This document shows positions 28,843 to 46,711 of a stretch of DNA of 64,000 nucleotides, one piece after another. The DNA is taken from the NCBI RefSeq assembly GCF_009914755.1, contig NC_060941.1. One strand, 5' to 3'. Both the position numbers and the translations under genes were made by a program. A model generated the notes under the pieces. That model was given only the letters and a program-made list of their open reading frames with translations, was not told the DNA's origin and searched no databases. The stretch comes from the human T2T-CHM13v2.0 reference genome, Homo sapiens. The number at the start of each line of letters is the position of its first letter. Positions within the stretch are counted from its first letter, which is position 1.

Positions 28843-30283
28843 TGTTAAAGTGGTAGGGGCAGTTTAATGGGTAACATACTATGGCAGTAGGGAGGATGTT
28901 TCAGCATGAACTGGACTCAGCTTCGTTTGTACAGAGGTTACTGGTGCTTTAAAGGGAGAATAGGGGAATGAGCAGAGGCTCCGTAGAGTCAGGGAAGTGA
29001 AAAAAATTACAAAGGCTTGGTCAGTGTAGATGCTGATTAGACCAACTGTGTCTGTTTGCTGGCAATGATCCAAGAAGTCAGGATTCAACCCTCCCATCGA
29101 GGCCCTGTTCTTTCTGATGAGTGCATTTCAGAGGGATGGATAGCTTTCAGGTCCTTGAGAAAGACACTCCTGAATTGTAGGAGATGTATATGCATCTCAC
29201 AGGGACACAGGAAGGATTCACCATTGTAAGCCCTTTTTACTAAAGAGTGTAAGAAACAATGGTCAGGGGCCTACAGTCAGATGTTGGCTAGAAAAACAGT
29301 AAATTCTTTTGAGTGTTCTCAGGCAAGCATGTTAACAGGAGGTAGAGTCATTCTAGGGATGAGACCGTGACCTGTTAGAAACTGTTAATGTTTGTTAAAT
29401 CTAACAAACTCAGAGAGGAGTTTGGATGATGCCATTTGTGTTGAGAGTCTTTAGTTCTTATAGGCCAAGACTGAAGCCTAGGCCAGAAGAGTGCTCTGAT
29501 TGTAACTGCCCAGTAGGTTCTCTTTGCCCACTGCCCAGAAAGAGCCAATTTACCAAGACAGGGGAACTTCAGTAGAGAAAGAGTTTAATTCCTGCAGAGC
29601 CAGCTGAATGGGAGACTGGAGTTTTATTATTACTCAAATCAGTCTCTTCAAAATTTATTCAGAGACTGGGGTTTTTAAAGGATAATTTGATGGATAGGGG
29701 GCCAGGGAGTCAGGAGTGTTGATTGGTCAGGTCAGAGATGAAATAATAGGGGATTGAAGCTGTCCTCTTGCACCAAGTTGTTTCCTGGATTGGGGACACA
29801 AGGCCAGATGAGCCAATTTATTGATCTGGGTGGTGCCAGCTGATCCACTGAGTGCAGGGTCTGAAAAATACCTTAAACACCAATCTTAGGTTTTATAATA
29901 CTAGTATTATCTGTAGGAGCAACTGGGGAGAGTAGTGATCCTGTGGCCTCTTAGCTTCATGACTCCTGAGCCATAACTTCTAACCTTCTGGCTAATTTGT
30001 TAGTTTTACAAAGGCAGTCTGGTCCCTAGGCAAGAAGGGGCTTTGTTTTAGGAAAGGGCTGTTCTCATCTTTGTTTCAAAGTTAAACTTTAAACTAAATT
30101 CCTCCCACAGTTAGTTCAGCCTATGCCCAGGAATGAACAAGAGTCAACTTGGAGGTTAGAAGCAAGATGAAGTTGGTTAGGTCAGATGTCTTTTATTGCC
30201 ATAATTTTCTCTATTATAATTTTTGCAAAGTCAGTTTCAAAAGGAGCCTAGCTAGAGTTTGGTCAAGGAGAAAATCTTTGTCA
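28843..30283 (-). mobile_element. ERV1 solo LTR (MER31/MER67-like), split by an LTR8-like element
   Basis: Starts tgttaaag. After the nested LTR it resumes with aggagcctagctagagtttggtcaaggagaaaatctttgtca. Confidence 0.6.
29501..30239 (-). mobile_element. LTR8/LTR8A-like ERV1 solo LTR
   Basis: tgtaactgcccagtaggttc...ggagttttattattactcaaatcagtctc...ttttgcaaagtcagtttca. Confidence 0.78.
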
Positions 30284-31042
30284 CTGCTCTTGTTTGTAAA
30301 AGGGAAACATTGGAAGTCTGTAAAGATCATTCTGGATTGTCCATGGTTGGTTTCTGGAGTTAATTTTGTTCCAGCTCATAAAATCACAGATCTCCCTTGT
30401 TCTGCTAGAAGCCCAACCTGGCATGGCCTAACCTTTTCCTTCCCCGACGATAGCTATTCTCTGTTTCACTCATGAGCATCACAGTTTCTGTGCCTGGGCA
30501 CAGTACTATTTGAGAGCTCCCCTGTGTCCCTGCTCCATTCCCAGGCTCTGGCAAAGCTAGGGAGACTATCCTAGCTAGAACAGCTTAGGGTAGTCTTCGT
30601 TCTGTTTCTCTGTTTTGTCGGAGAGGGCAGTGCCACTGGATAGGAGTAAAGTTTGGGGAAGAAAGGGGACCAAGTAAGAATTACTGAGCATGACTCTGAG
30701 TATCCTTGAATAGTGTCCTGTGTCTGTGTAAGGCTTTAGCACTGCATATGTGTTTCATATTGATGGACTTTTTCGTACGTGTCTGTCTGTATTCATCATA
30801 GTCCTGATGACATAATAACCCCCATTTTATGGTTGGGAAGCTGATACCCAACTAGCTTAAAGTCGGTGCCTCCCTGACTCTCTTGACTCTTTTCCGTGTG
30901 TTTTGTTTTTGTTTTTTCCTTTCGTACTTTATAGAATTCACATTTCCCCAAGGATGTTTCTGTGATGCTTGATGGGCCCCTTGGATTACCACCTGGTCCT
31001 GCTCTTCCTCTTCTTTCAGTTTTCACTTTTTCTAACCCCTTG

Positions 31043-31630
31043 GTGATGAAATGAGTCACACTCTATAAAATATTTGAAGAGATTTATTCTGAGTGAAATA
31101 TGAGTGATGCAGCCCTCAGGAGATCCTGAGAATGTGTCCCTAAGGTGATCAGGCCACAACTTGGTTTTATACATTTTAGGGAGACATAAGGCATCAATCA
31201 ACACATGTAAGGTATACATTGGTCTGGTCTGGAAAGGTGGGACATCTGGAAGCAGGCGCTTCCACGCCATAGGTGGATTCAGAGATTTTCTGATTGGTAA
31301 CTGTTTGAAAAAGTTCTTATCAATAGGAAAAAATGTCTGGGTTAATGTAAGGGGTTGTGGAGACCAAGGTTTTATCATGCGGGTGAAACCTCCAGGGTAG
31401 CAGGCTTCAGAGAGAATAGATTGTGAATTTTTTTTTTTTTTTCAGACTTAAAGAGGCTGTTCTATCAGTAGCGCCAAAAGGGAGGAGGGTATAATAAGGC
31501 ATGTCCAGCTCCCCCTTCCCATCAGGGCCTGATTTAGTTTTCCAGGTTAAGGTTGGAATGCCCTTGGCCAAGAGTACGGGTCCAATTAGATGGTTGGGGG
31601 TGCTTCAGAATTTTATTTTTGGTTTATGCG
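31043..31630 (-). mobile_element. MER4-family ERV1 solo LTR
   Basis: aaaatatttgaagagatttattctgag...ttggttttatacattttagggagacataag...agaattttatttttggtttat. Confidence 0.82.
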
Positions 31631-31915
31631 TTGCTTTTTAGAATTTTAAGCATTTTAACTCTCAGGAGCTGCTCCTCTCTCCCCTCTCCACCGTCCACTC
31701 TTCTTGCTCCTGGCTCTAAGCCGCCAAGTCCTTGCATTTATTTCATTCTTGAGTCTTCTTCCATATGTCTAACTGACAATATGCTCCTTACTCTGCTAAA
31801 AGTATACATTGGGTTTACATTCTCTGCATAAGGAATATATCTGTTATGAATTTTTTAAATATTGGAAAGCTAGCCATAACACTCAACATTTTAACATTTA
31901 GTGACACTAAAATCC

Positions 31916-32015
31916 AGCAGTGAGCTATGATGGCATCACTGCATTCCAGCCTGGGCAACAGAGCAAGACCCTGTCTCAAAGAAGAAAAATCCTGCACAAA
32001 AATAAATAAACAAAA
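31916..32015 (+). mobile_element. Alu right-arm 3' fragment
   Basis: gcagtgagctatgatggcatcactgcattccagcctgggcaacagagcaagaccctgtctc plus an A-rich tail. Confidence 0.82.
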
Positions 32016-33094
32016 ATTGTGTATGTTGCTTATTCATTCTACTAGTAAGTGTTTGTTATATCTTCCACACTGTGTTGGCAGTGGGGATAAAACATAGTTC
32101 CGTTACTAAAATGTACTCTTGGATAAAACAACATAAACCAAAAACATACACAAACAAAGTCCCTTCCCCCATGAAGTTTATTTTCTAGTAATAGTGATGT
32201 TCTCAGAAGAGGCATAATATTAGGGTGTTGGAGAATAAGGTTAAGAAATCAGTGGGAAATAGAAAATTTGGATAAACAACACATTTTTTGTTTTCTTTAT
32301 GATGCTAGCATCTCCTTATTATTAATAATGTAAATACATGATATATAATTTTGTTTTATCCTATAATTATATCTACCATGTTAGATTATAAAAGTACAGC
32401 TTACTCTAATCATTGCAAGTTTAATTGCCTGTAATTATTTTGAGTTTTTGGTTGCTAAGGAGACTGAAAGGGAAACTTGCTATGAGGGTTGTAAAGGTCT
32501 GAAAAACCAAATGCATTTTTAATTCATCCGAATAATCTTGCATTAGAGAAATAGAGATTGTGTGTGATGTCGAGAAAGAACATCCCATAGAAACCCTTTT
32601 GGCTGCAGGGCCTGGCCTTTTGACAAATTTAATTTAGAATGTTCGTATCAAATCTTGGGGAAAGGTTTTCAACTAAGGTGTAAATGATCAAATGGTGTCA
32701 GTTAGTGTGAATTTTAATTGAAATAATCCAGTTGAGTTGAGGCTTGCCAACACCCTCAAGAATAAGAAAAACGTGTGCACAGATGTGTGCAGATGTGTAT
32801 GTAGGTACTTTTTTAGTCATGTTCAAACAAGATGACTAATAAGAAATATCAGGTTCTGGGCATTGATAAAAGGCAGAAGAGATAAATCAATACCGTAGGC
32901 ATGATGATAAAAGTTGGTAAATAAAAAGGAGAAAATTAGACTCCTCAGTTGCTGTTTGTCTTCTGAGAACAGTAATCTTCTGACTTAAAAAGATAAAATG
33001 AGTATTTGTGATTTGGAGTTAATACTCAGATTTCATAAGAAAGCATTATCGTGTTTTTACCGTGGTTACGTGGCATGGTCACAATTGCTGGTAA

Positions 33095-33645
33095 TTTTAT
33101 TTAATTAAAAAAAATTGTGAAAAACATATGACATACAATTTACCATCTTAACCATTTTTAAGTGTACAGTTCAATCTTGTTAAGTATATTCACATTGTTG
33201 TGTGATAGATCTCCAGAACTTTTTCATCTTGCAACACTGGAACTCGGCACTCATTAAACAATAACTTCCCATTTTTCTCTCCCTCCAGGCGCCAGTAATC
33301 ACTATTTTACTTTCTGTCTCTGTGAATTTGACTACTTTAGTTACCCCATATAGTTGGAATCATACAATATTTGCCTTTTTGTGTCTGGCGTATCATTTCA
33401 TTTAGCATAATATCCTCAAGTTTTATCTATGTTGTAGCATGTGGCAGGATTTCCTTCTTTGTAAAGGCGGAATAGTATTCCATTGTATGTATATCCACAT
33501 TTTGTTTCTCCATCCATGTACATTTGGGTTGCTTCCATCTTTTGTCTATTGTGAATAATGCTGCTATGAATATGGGTGTGCAAATCTCTCTTCCAGATCC
33601 TGCTTTAAATTCTTTTAGAATTATATATTCCCAGAAGTGGGAATG
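33095..33645 (-). mobile_element. L1MB/MA-type 3' end
   Basis: tttaccatcttaaccatttttaagtgtacagttca...tccagaactttttcatcttgc...ataatgctgctatgaatatgggtgtgcaaat. Confidence 0.85.
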
Positions 33646-33730
33646 ACTGGCAACTTAAGAACTTGTAGATAAGGACAGAAATGCTTGAAGAGCAGAACGG
33701 AGCAAAGTTATGCCAATCTTTTTTAAAAAA

Positions 33731-34905
<1,175 letters not shown>

Positions 34906-36144
34906 GGTTGATTTTTAACATATAGTTGATTGGCATGCTGGACTCAAATCCCAAGCAAGATGCTAGGACAAATGACTAATGAGTTGACCTGAGGAAATTT
35001 AGGAAAGGAAGCAGTGGTCACTAGGAATTAGCCTGAGAGGAGTAAGAGTAAGTCATGGGGAGGGTAACTGCATGTTGTTTTTTTTTTTTTAAATCAGGCC
35101 ACTAAACCCATAGATCAGGGCAGGTAGTAGAACTGGTGAATGCGCAAGGCTTTGACGAGGGTTAACAATGACTTTCTGGGAGATACATGGAGAAGTGTGG
35201 GAGGTATCATGGGGATGTATCATTAGAATGAGTGAACCTGGGTAAATAACGTTATTATACATTGGGGGCTCCTTTCTGGGTAGGGGTGGGAAATGGTTTA
35301 TGATATTGTGCTAGGTGGGCCCTGCCTTGTTTACTGATGGTTTGAGTAATAATCAGCATTATAATCTCATATTTGAAGATGATCAATGTGCTCCATTGAG
35401 AACCCATCCTTTGACTTCTCCAGCATCCTCCCTCTCATGGACCCCTCCGCTTTCCCATCACCCTGTGCTGCCTGCATTTGGCTGCTCTTAGCCAGTTTCC
35501 CTCCCCTCCCATCTCTCTTTGATAATAGATAACCAGTGGGTTACTTTACTATTGTTCATTTCTTCATCGTTGTAAATATTTAAATAACATTTTACAAAAA
35601 CAATTTGGTCATTTTATACATCTTATTTAAGAGTAATTGCTAACACTATCCTTGTCACTAAAAATGGTGTGTTTACAGAATTTCCCAAGACCTGAAACGA
35701 TTTGTTTCCCAGAAAATATAGTAAGAAAAAAAAGTAGGATACATATACATTTACATTTGTGTATGTTCACATATTTACAGTTTTGTTAAAAATGCCTATG
35801 TTTGCCTATAAAATATCAAAAAGAAAACACATACAAAAGTTGGGAAAGGTTTTGACTATTTCAGATGTTTTTTCTTTAGTAATTTCCTGCATTTTCCAAA
35901 TGGTCAACTTTCTTTTGCCAGTACCCGTATTAGCCTCTGACTGACTGATTTTCCACACTAGAAATCAGTGGCTCCAACTTTAAAAAGTGCCCTAGTGCTC
36001 ACCATTTTAAAGTGAATCGGTCTTAAGTGCGGTGGCAGTGGAGGGAATCAGGGGTGACGTTGACTTGCTGGAAAATTCCCTCTGAATTTGTAGTTTGAGT
36101 GCAGGAAGATTTGAAAACCTTATTCACCCCCCACCCATCTCCAA

Positions 36145-36480
36145 TTTTGTTTATTTATTTTGAGAGGGAGTTTCACTCTTGCTGCCCCAGATTGGAGTGC
36201 AGTGGAGCGACCTTGGCTTACAGCAAACTCCGCCTCCTGGGTTCAAGCGATTCTCCTGCCTCAGTCTTCCGAGTAGCTGGGATTACAGACACCCACCACC
36301 ATGCGTGGCTAATTTTTGTGTGTGTATGTGTGTGTATATATATGTATATATATATATTTAAATAGAGATGGGGTTTCACCATGTTGGCCAGGCTAGTCTG
36401 GAACTCCTGACCCCAGGTGATCTGCCCACCTCAGCCTCACAGAGTGCTGGGATTACAGACGTGAGGCACTGTGCCCGGCC
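36145..36480 (-). mobile_element. AluS with its middle linker expanded into a (TG)/(TA) microsatellite
   Basis: Antisense dimer with linker tgtgtgtgtatgtgtgtgtatatatatg. TSD caatttt. Confidence 0.9.
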
Positions 36481-38790
36481 CAATTTTAAAAACTGGTTTT
36501 ATTTATACCAAGTTTGTTACCTGATTTCATGTCCACCAAACCCTCTTTGTGTCCTCTGAGAATTTTACTTACTGGAGTAACAGCAGGAAAAAGATCCACT
36601 GCTAGACTGTTTATTCAAAGTTAAAACTGGCACACAAGTGAAAGGAAGATTGGCCATTTGTCATGGTCTGTTCCCAGAGTATCTTATTTCTTCCCAGGGG
36701 TTTATCTTTAGAAGGTGATAATCTTCCTATCTTAACATCAAGGACTGTGGGCCTGCCCCTTTGAGGTATGTGTCCCTTAGTGTCCCTCGCTCTTCCAAGG
36801 GAAACTTCTTTAACCTGGGCCTTGCTATCTCCTCGGTCACCCTGTGGGTCCTTTACCATATCCTGTGAGCTTTATTAGTAGAAATGAACTCTAATTTGTT
36901 TAAAATGATCTCTTCTTGAATTACTACAAACGGCAGTTCATTCTTAAGAAAACACTGTACCGTAGTGTAGTACATTCTTTAAACTGATGAGACTTGGTCT
37001 CAGATACCTTTTATGATTTCCACGTCTGAACTTGCTGGGAATTATTTGTAGATTCTTGGCTGGATTATATTCTGCTTCAGAGTTTTGCAAACCAGATGAG
37101 TGGAAATCTGCAAAGATTTAGTAGAGGTATTTCACCAATGACCCTAGGCTTCGAGTGCTTTTGTTGTTGTTGTTAAAATGTGAAGAATTCAGTACTTTAA
37201 GTTGCGTGGATATTCATTTTTACTGTCCTTTAGGCTCCTCTTCTCTTTTCACATTATACCTCATCTTCATGTGGATCATATTTATTTTCAAATACAGTTA
37301 AGGGATTAACCCAGGAATAAAACAAGTCAAGCACTGATACTTACAGGAAAATCGTGTTAGTTTTGTTCTGCCACCCAAAGACTGACCTAAAAAGAGAAAG
37401 AAATAACCGCCATTCACACTTAGTTATTTTCTCAGTTGTATAAATTTCAGATACAGCCCCCTTCAGCTCTCAGCACATCCCTCAACCTTTATTGTTTTTT
37501 TAGTGAAACACCAGTGTACATTTTACCTATTGCCATTTGCTGTGGATATATGTATTAACACTTGATTTCTTAATTAATTCTTTATGGTTTAGATTTTCAG
37601 CAGAGATTTTTTTGTGTGTGTCATCAGGGAGTTTAATAATAAATATATTTAATTCTAGATCCCCATTATTATGTATTGATCTGTTTTAATAACCTCTGTG
37701 CAATCTGATGCAAATATCCCTCCATTGTTTCAGTCTGGAAGCATGTATGTGGTTAGTTTATTGAGGTCAAAACATCCTTAGGACTATGCTTCTGGCTTGG
37801 TCATAATGCTTCTGCCATGTCTTGGTTGTACTGTAATCTTAGATTTAAAAGGAATGACATATTAGTACCCAGGATGCTGACCTAGGGAGCCACAGTCAAA
37901 TAAGCCACTCTTGTTTGCCACTAGTTGGCCATTCTCCTCATCTCATCAGTCTTTTAGTTGCTTTCTTTGTCCCCCAATTCCTTGGGATTCAACTTGTATC
38001 CTAGGTCACCTCTCCCTCTTCTAATAGGAGCACCCAATGTCTGGCCTGGGAGAGCAAAGTAGGGTGACTGAGGAGAGGTATTGGGATGGTTCATCTGGGC
38101 TGAGGAGGTAGAGAAGAGGTGCAGTTCCTGGGGGAGCAGCTTAGGGCTCCCACTCATCATCACCACGAGGGGGCCTGCAGGTTTCACCTGCTCAAGGTGC
38201 CCCATGTAAAGAGCGGAGATTCATGTCATAGACATAAATTAACCTGAGACGGCACAAGTAGACAAGCAAATTCTGGTGTCCTGGTTGAGGATCTTGAAGC
38301 TGCAGGAGAGAACCCCAGCTCCACAAACCCCACTGATGACCGCGATGTGAACACACCATCCTGTTTGTGCACAGTGGTACCCTGACCTGACCCAGCTCAG
38401 GAGTTCTTAGGGGTCGGTTCCCCATCCTGCAGGACTCTGACCTTGGCCTGGTACCCTCATAGTGTGTGTGTGGGTGATTAACGTGCACCGTCTTCCGTGC
38501 CCGAGGGACGTCTGAGCAGGTGAAAGCAGCAAGGATGGGAAAGCCCCTCCAGGTGGAACTCTTCACACTGTGCAAATATATAATAACCTTAGAAGAGTTT
38601 TACTTGAGGAAGGCGCCTTTTCCAGTTTGCACAGAGGCACATCCTGGGCCAACAGCAACCTGTACACAGGAAAGCACAACTTGGTGTAAATATGCTATGG
38701 AGGAAATTCACCTCGAGAGTGAGGGCCCAGAACTAGGAAATGGATTACCAATGCCTTTTAAGTTCTTCCTCAATACCTAGTCTTTGGAGG

Positions 38791-39059
38791 GGCCAGGCAT
38801 GGTGGCTCATGCTTGTAATTCTAACATTTTGGGAGGCCAAGGCAGGCAGATTGCTTGAGCTCAGGAGTCCGAGACCAGCCTGGGCAACATAGTAAAACCC
38901 CATCTCTACAAAAATTAGGTGTGGTGGTGTGTGCTGTAGACTCAGTTACTTGGGAGGCTAAGGCAGGAGAATTGCTTGAGAGCCTGGGAGCCGGAAGTTG
39001 AGCTGAGATTGAACCACTGCACTCCAGCCTGGGCAACAGAGTGAGACCCTGTCTCTCTG

Positions 39060-39106
<47 letters not shown>

Positions 39107-39137
39107 AACAAACAAACAAAAACCACACAACCAAAAC
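38791..39137 (+). mobile_element. AluJ with a (TC)n(CA)n(AAAC)n tail
   Basis: J-type ttgcttgagctcaggag and gcaacatagt. TSD agtctttggagg on both sides. Confidence 0.9.
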
Positions 39138-39517
39138 AGTCTTTGGAGGGACACGCAGGGGCTCCATTCTTACTTTCTCCACTTGTGACCCTGGGCATGC
39201 TACTTAACCTCTCTGAGCTACAATTTCTTCATTGTTAAAATGGAGATAATTGAGGCAGATTCATTTGTTTGTAGGTATGAAGCTTATGTGATTTGGGAGG
39301 CCCTCTTAAAATAAAAGAATTTTTAAAAATTGTTCGGGGTTTGCAAATTTTTCAGGCACATATAGTTATGCAAACACGTTGAAAAAGAGCTTTCTGGTAG
39401 AAGGAATAGTATATACAAAGCCAAGGAAATTCAAAACAGCAATACCGGTTTAGGGAAAGGAAAGTAATTCTGCATGACCTCTGAGGTAAGGAGAATACAG
39501 ACAGCAGTGTTATGCAG

Positions 39518-40142
<625 letters not shown>

Positions 40143-41065
40143 TGCCTAGCTGCTAGCATGTGATGTTGACTAAACCCCGACTGTGTATCCTGAAGACAGA
40201 AAAACAGGGAAAACCCTTAGAACAGGTTTAGAAAAATAATTGTCCCAAGAGTAGCAGGAAGTGGGAATTAATGTGTATTAAACTGTTAGCATGTGATGGT
40301 ACAGAGTCAGGTGGTATGTGGAAATAGCCCATTTAACACTCTGGGTAACACACATCATCCCTCAAGCCACGCAGGCTCCTGGTCACTCCTGTCACCTCTA
40401 GGTGCAGAAGGTCAGTATATTCTCCTAACTCCAAGGCTTTGCTGAAGCGGCCATCCTTATATGCTGAGGCTGGGAGAGGGTAGTTTTCTATTAATCCCAT
40501 TCATATAGCTCTCCTCTCTGACCTTAGCCCCCACATTGTCAGCAACGGCCTATGGTGGAAGCCTTGTGTAAATAAATGCTGTGCCTGTGACAGAGAACAT
40601 CCAAATGTCCCTTCTGCCCTATTATTGCAGCTGCTTAAGAGAGGTTATGCTGGCAGTTGGCTGGCCTTAAGGCGTCCTGAACTCTTTCTAATGCTAAACC
40701 TTCTCCCTGCCTCCCTCTGTTTCTCCCCCCACCTCCCCATCTCAGGAAACCATCTGTACCTAGCTACCTTAATTGACCTCAGTGGATCTCACCACGGTTC
40801 TCTTCAGATCTATGGTATCATCTGCCATAGGCCCTGTTGTCTGTTGAGAGTTGCTATCTGTTCATTCATTGTAAGCATTTTTTTTTCCCTTTGTATCTTT
40901 AAGCATGGTTTTAGACAGCTGCCCTAAAATTCTTATCTGCTGATTTTGGCACCTCGTTCATCTTTTGGTTGATCTCAATTGATTAACTTTTCTCTTGATT
41001 TGCATCGTGTTTTCCTGTTTCTTATGTCTAGTAATTTTGGTTTATATCCTGACTGTTGGGAATGA

Positions 41066-41447
<382 letters not shown>

Positions 41448-41640
41448 TGACTGAGCTCAAACTCAAAACTCTGTCTTCCCTCAGTGGGTAGCAGCTGAAA
41501 ATTTCTGTTTAGTTTTTTAGCCTTACGTGGACTCTTTGGAGTCTGCTCTGTGCATGCATAGTTCAGGAGTCAGCAAGAAATCTGGAAAGTTTACGTGTAG
41601 ATTGGGGGCCGCTATGCCGTAGAGCTCACTCATCTTTTTC

Positions 41641-42024
41641 TCTTAGGCTGTTTTCTGTTGCTGTGACAGAATACCAGAGACCGGGTAACTTATAAAGAAC
41701 AGATGATTATTTGGCTCGTGTTTCTGGAGGCTGGCAAGTCTGAGAGCCTGGCACCAGCTTCAGTGAGAGCCTTCTTGCTGCATCATAACATGGCGGAAGG
41801 GGAAGTAAGCACATGAGACACAGGCACCAGGGGCTGCACTCACAATATAGCAACAGACTCTTGTGATAACTAACCTGCTACCGCAATAACAACGTTAATT
41901 CGTTCACGAGAACTCTGCCCTCATGACCCAGTCACCTCTTACTAGGCCCCACCTTTCAACACTGTTGTCTTGGGGATTAAGTTTCCAATGCATTAACTAT
42001 GGGGGACACATTCAAATCATAGCA
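41641..42024 (-). mobile_element. MST (B/C-like) MaLR solo LTR
   Basis: ttttctgttgctgtgacagaataccagagaccgggtaacttataaagaac...gggggacacattcaaatcatagca. Confidence 0.82.
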
Positions 42025-42693
42025 CTCACCTTTCAGCTTCTAGGGTAGCTTCAAACTCTGTTCTCTGGTTCTTTAAGACAGTAACACTGATGATACATAC
42101 ATACTAAGTTTTAGCTCCCCTTCATGGTGTAGAATATGTCTTGTCCTTAAGCAAAAAGCTGGATAATGAAAAACTCACTCATTTTCATTTTCTTCTTCCA
42201 AGTGTTGAATTTTTCATGTTTTTATTTATTTTTATTTTTATTTATTTATTTTTTGCCTGCATTTGTATATTCTCCAATGTCTGCAAGCAGTTTTTTGTGT
42301 ATTTGGGCCAGGCTTTATGGTTATCTGTCGAAGATTGGTCTGATAAGAGATACTATGCTGTTATCGGAAGCAGAACTGACGTGTACTTTTATAGCATTTG
42401 CCAAGAATCAAACAAAACTAAATTGATGGCCACATTTGCCGAGAGTTAGGCTCAGATTTAGTCCCTTCATTCTAGTCTGACTCTGTCATCAGTATTGGGA
42501 GCCTCTGTTCAATTCTGAATCTTGGAGGGTTTATAGAAGATTGCCAACTAAAGAAACCTTCCTGAACACCCTCCTATTCCCCATCCTCCACTTCTCTGAG
42601 TTACTCTATCCTATGACCTAGTGTTCTGGTCTTCATAGTATTTGTCACTTTATGACATTCTGTGTGTTCATTTACTTTAAAAAAAATCATCTC

Positions 42694-43110
<417 letters not shown>

Positions 43111-44827
43111 CTATTAACTAAATTGGTTCATGCTTCATCTAACTATCTTACTGAGTTGTAGGACATTTATCCATACCTGGGAAGGCTGGAATTGGTTGAG
43201 TATCCCACCATTTGTGACATTTTAATTTATAATGTAACTGTACTAACAACTGCCTTTGCCAGATATTTACAACACACACACGTGCACTGTAACTCAAGAA
43301 ATCCACAGAAGCTCTCCCTTCAGTTGAGCAAATTTCAGTGGAATACCTATTCTGGGTAAGCTATGAAGCCCATCTCTGTATATTGTGTAAGATCTGAGGT
43401 TCCATTGGTGGTAGGAAGTACACATAAGACAGGGTTCCGGTATTAAAAAATCTATTTAGGAAAACATATCTAAAAATAGGTGAGTGAGAACTTTGACCTT
43501 GTTTTTAAACTCTGTTTTTCACCGTTATGAGGAAGGTGATATAGTGAGGAGGGTGGTTTCCAGGAAAAAAAAAAAATACAGCTGGCAAATGGATAAATTT
43601 AAGTATATTCGAGGGCTTCAGTAATGTAATGCAGACTGTGATCCACTTAGGAATTAAAATCTACTAAAGATTTCTGTCAATAATTTATCAACTATTTTAA
43701 GTTGGAAAACAAATTCATAAACATGTTAACTTTTTTTTTAACAGTGTAAATTTAAAGTATAAGCATTTCCCCAACCCTGGATCTCCCAGGCCCCCTGTGC
43801 CATAGGCAGCCCCCATCTATTAACAGTTACAATGGATGCACAGCTGTGCACGCATCTGTTTGTGTGTGTGTACCCTCTTCCTTTTGAAAAACATAGACAC
43901 ATGCTGTACATACTTATACTTCTGTACATAAATACATTTATTAGCCCATGTAGGTGTGTTGTGCTTTTTAAAATGATTGTGTCGTATTTCATTACACTGA
44001 TACATTGTAATGTATTTAACTAGTCCCCTATGGAAAAACATTTTATACTGAATACATAATAATTTGAGACTAGATAAACATCTGTCAAAGAAGTAGGAAT
44101 GAAAATTACTTTCACAGTGTTTTTGGTTATCTTGAAAACCTGAGACATCTTCAAATGCCAGGACATCTCTCATGCTGTCATTCATGACGTAAATATATGA
44201 GCAAAAAACAGAATGAATGAAAAACAGGACCACAGACTATTGACAGTTACTTCAACTGTGGAATCCTTTTATTGTTTATTTAGTTCCTTTAGGCAGTTGA
44301 ATTTCATTTTGCGTGCACAGCAATCATATTGACTTATGCTGCAAAATAGTTTTAAATAATCTCTTATACAGAGGAAAACTTTTGTGGTGCTGGAGTGGAG
44401 CTTAGAATTCTCTATTATGGCATTTTTAGGTCATTTAAGGTTAACCCACTAAGTAACGCAGTGCAGACAGCGTCGTTGAAGTGGCAGCTTGGGTTAACTG
44501 TGTTTCCACCTCTTCTGAATTACATCATTTTTACCTGTCATTAACTCAGCATAATGTAGCACAAATTGATTTTCCTAATTTGATAGGTTAAGTTCTTTAA
44601 AATAATAATTAGGCATAGCAGTATAGGCTGATTTGCTACAAAATGTGTTTTGCGTTGCTGATTGGGCCACACATGATTGGCAAATGGAGGAACTATGTCT
44701 CTACAAAGTGGAGGTTACATTGTTTCAAACAGTTTCCCCAGTATGTTAATGCTTTATTTTACCAAGTAACTGGAGCTGCAGGAAAATGAAACTAATATAG
44801 CTGAACTCATGAGGTGTGGAGGAATAA

Positions 44828-45270
<443 letters not shown>

Positions 45271-46231
45271 CATCACTCTTTTTAAAGGTAGAGACCCAGT
45301 TTAACTCTATTTTTCAAAAAGTAAATTAGGTTTTCTGTGGCTTTGCAGCTGTGCCCGTGTCTTTGTTAGAATTGCTATTGCTTGTGTTAATGCTGTCCTA
45401 ACAGTATTGTATAGGCTTGCCCCAACCCTGTCTTTCTCATGAGCCTTGTTATTATTAGTGTGCACTTTTGCCTAATGTGTCGTTTTTCAGGAAAACACAT
45501 TTCTCTTTGGAGCAGAGGTGTTTCTGTTCTATAGATATAGATAGCATTGAGGTGCTCAAACAACTGGACAAGTGTTACTTAGAATGCGATGTTGAATAGA
45601 GACAGATATCAGACTGTTTCTTATGACTTGCTACTTTCCATAAGAATAGAATGGAAAATGTGAGAACTCGTGTTCAACTTACTTGATGAAGTATAGCATA
45701 GAATCTTTGTCTTAAATATTAATAATATCTTTGACTCAAAGGGTAGAAGTGCCATTTTTTTTCCCGAAAAAATGCCATCTCTCCTGGGATCTCCTTTACT
45801 GCCTTTTCGGGTGTAGATAGATATTCAGACTTTAAAACGATTTGTTAATTCTGCATGATAACACCATGTGCCACCTCAAGCCACATTGTCAGCATCGACC
45901 CACTCATTTCTCACTTTTTATTAAATTTGTTGATTGGGTATGAAATATGAGTATCCTTTGAAGTATTCCTGCTAATATGTTTTTCCTCTAATTCATGCCA
46001 AAACCCGTGATTTTTTTTAAAGTCAGAAAATACTTCTGGAAATGGCTTACCAAATTCTCTGTTAATAATTTTATAGCCCTCTGCCAGGGTGCTTGTACAC
46101 CTCTGAAATCCCTCATTGGCTTCATCTTCTTTACTAGACTCAGCTCCTTGAGTGCAGGGACTCTTTCTTTTTGGACAGTATCATACATTCCTGGAAGGAA
46201 CTAAATACATGTTAATCAAAAGAAATGTTGA

Positions 46232-46549
<318 letters not shown>

Positions 46550-46680
46550 TCAGATCCTAGCCCACAAAAGAGCATTCAAATTTCTAGTCGCAGAGACCAT
46601 TCAAAATGTATCCATTATGTTATAATGAGAATGAGTTTTTTCTAGGGTCTGCACGCCAGAGATCTTAAACTGAGGTGGGC

Positions 46681-46711
46681 GTGTGTGTGTGTGTGTGTGC
46701 GCACACACACA
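46681..46711. repeat. (GT)n-GC-(AC)n alternating purine/pyrimidine palindrome
   Basis: gtgtgtgtgtgtgtgtgtgcgcacacacaca. Confidence 0.9.

Noticed and set aside
37950-38780. Moderately GC/CpG-rich unique stretch with overlapping ORFs (up to 127 aa)
   Set aside because: No recognisable protein similarity, no convincing splice-site pair and too few CpGs for an island. An enhancer role cannot be supported from sequence alone.
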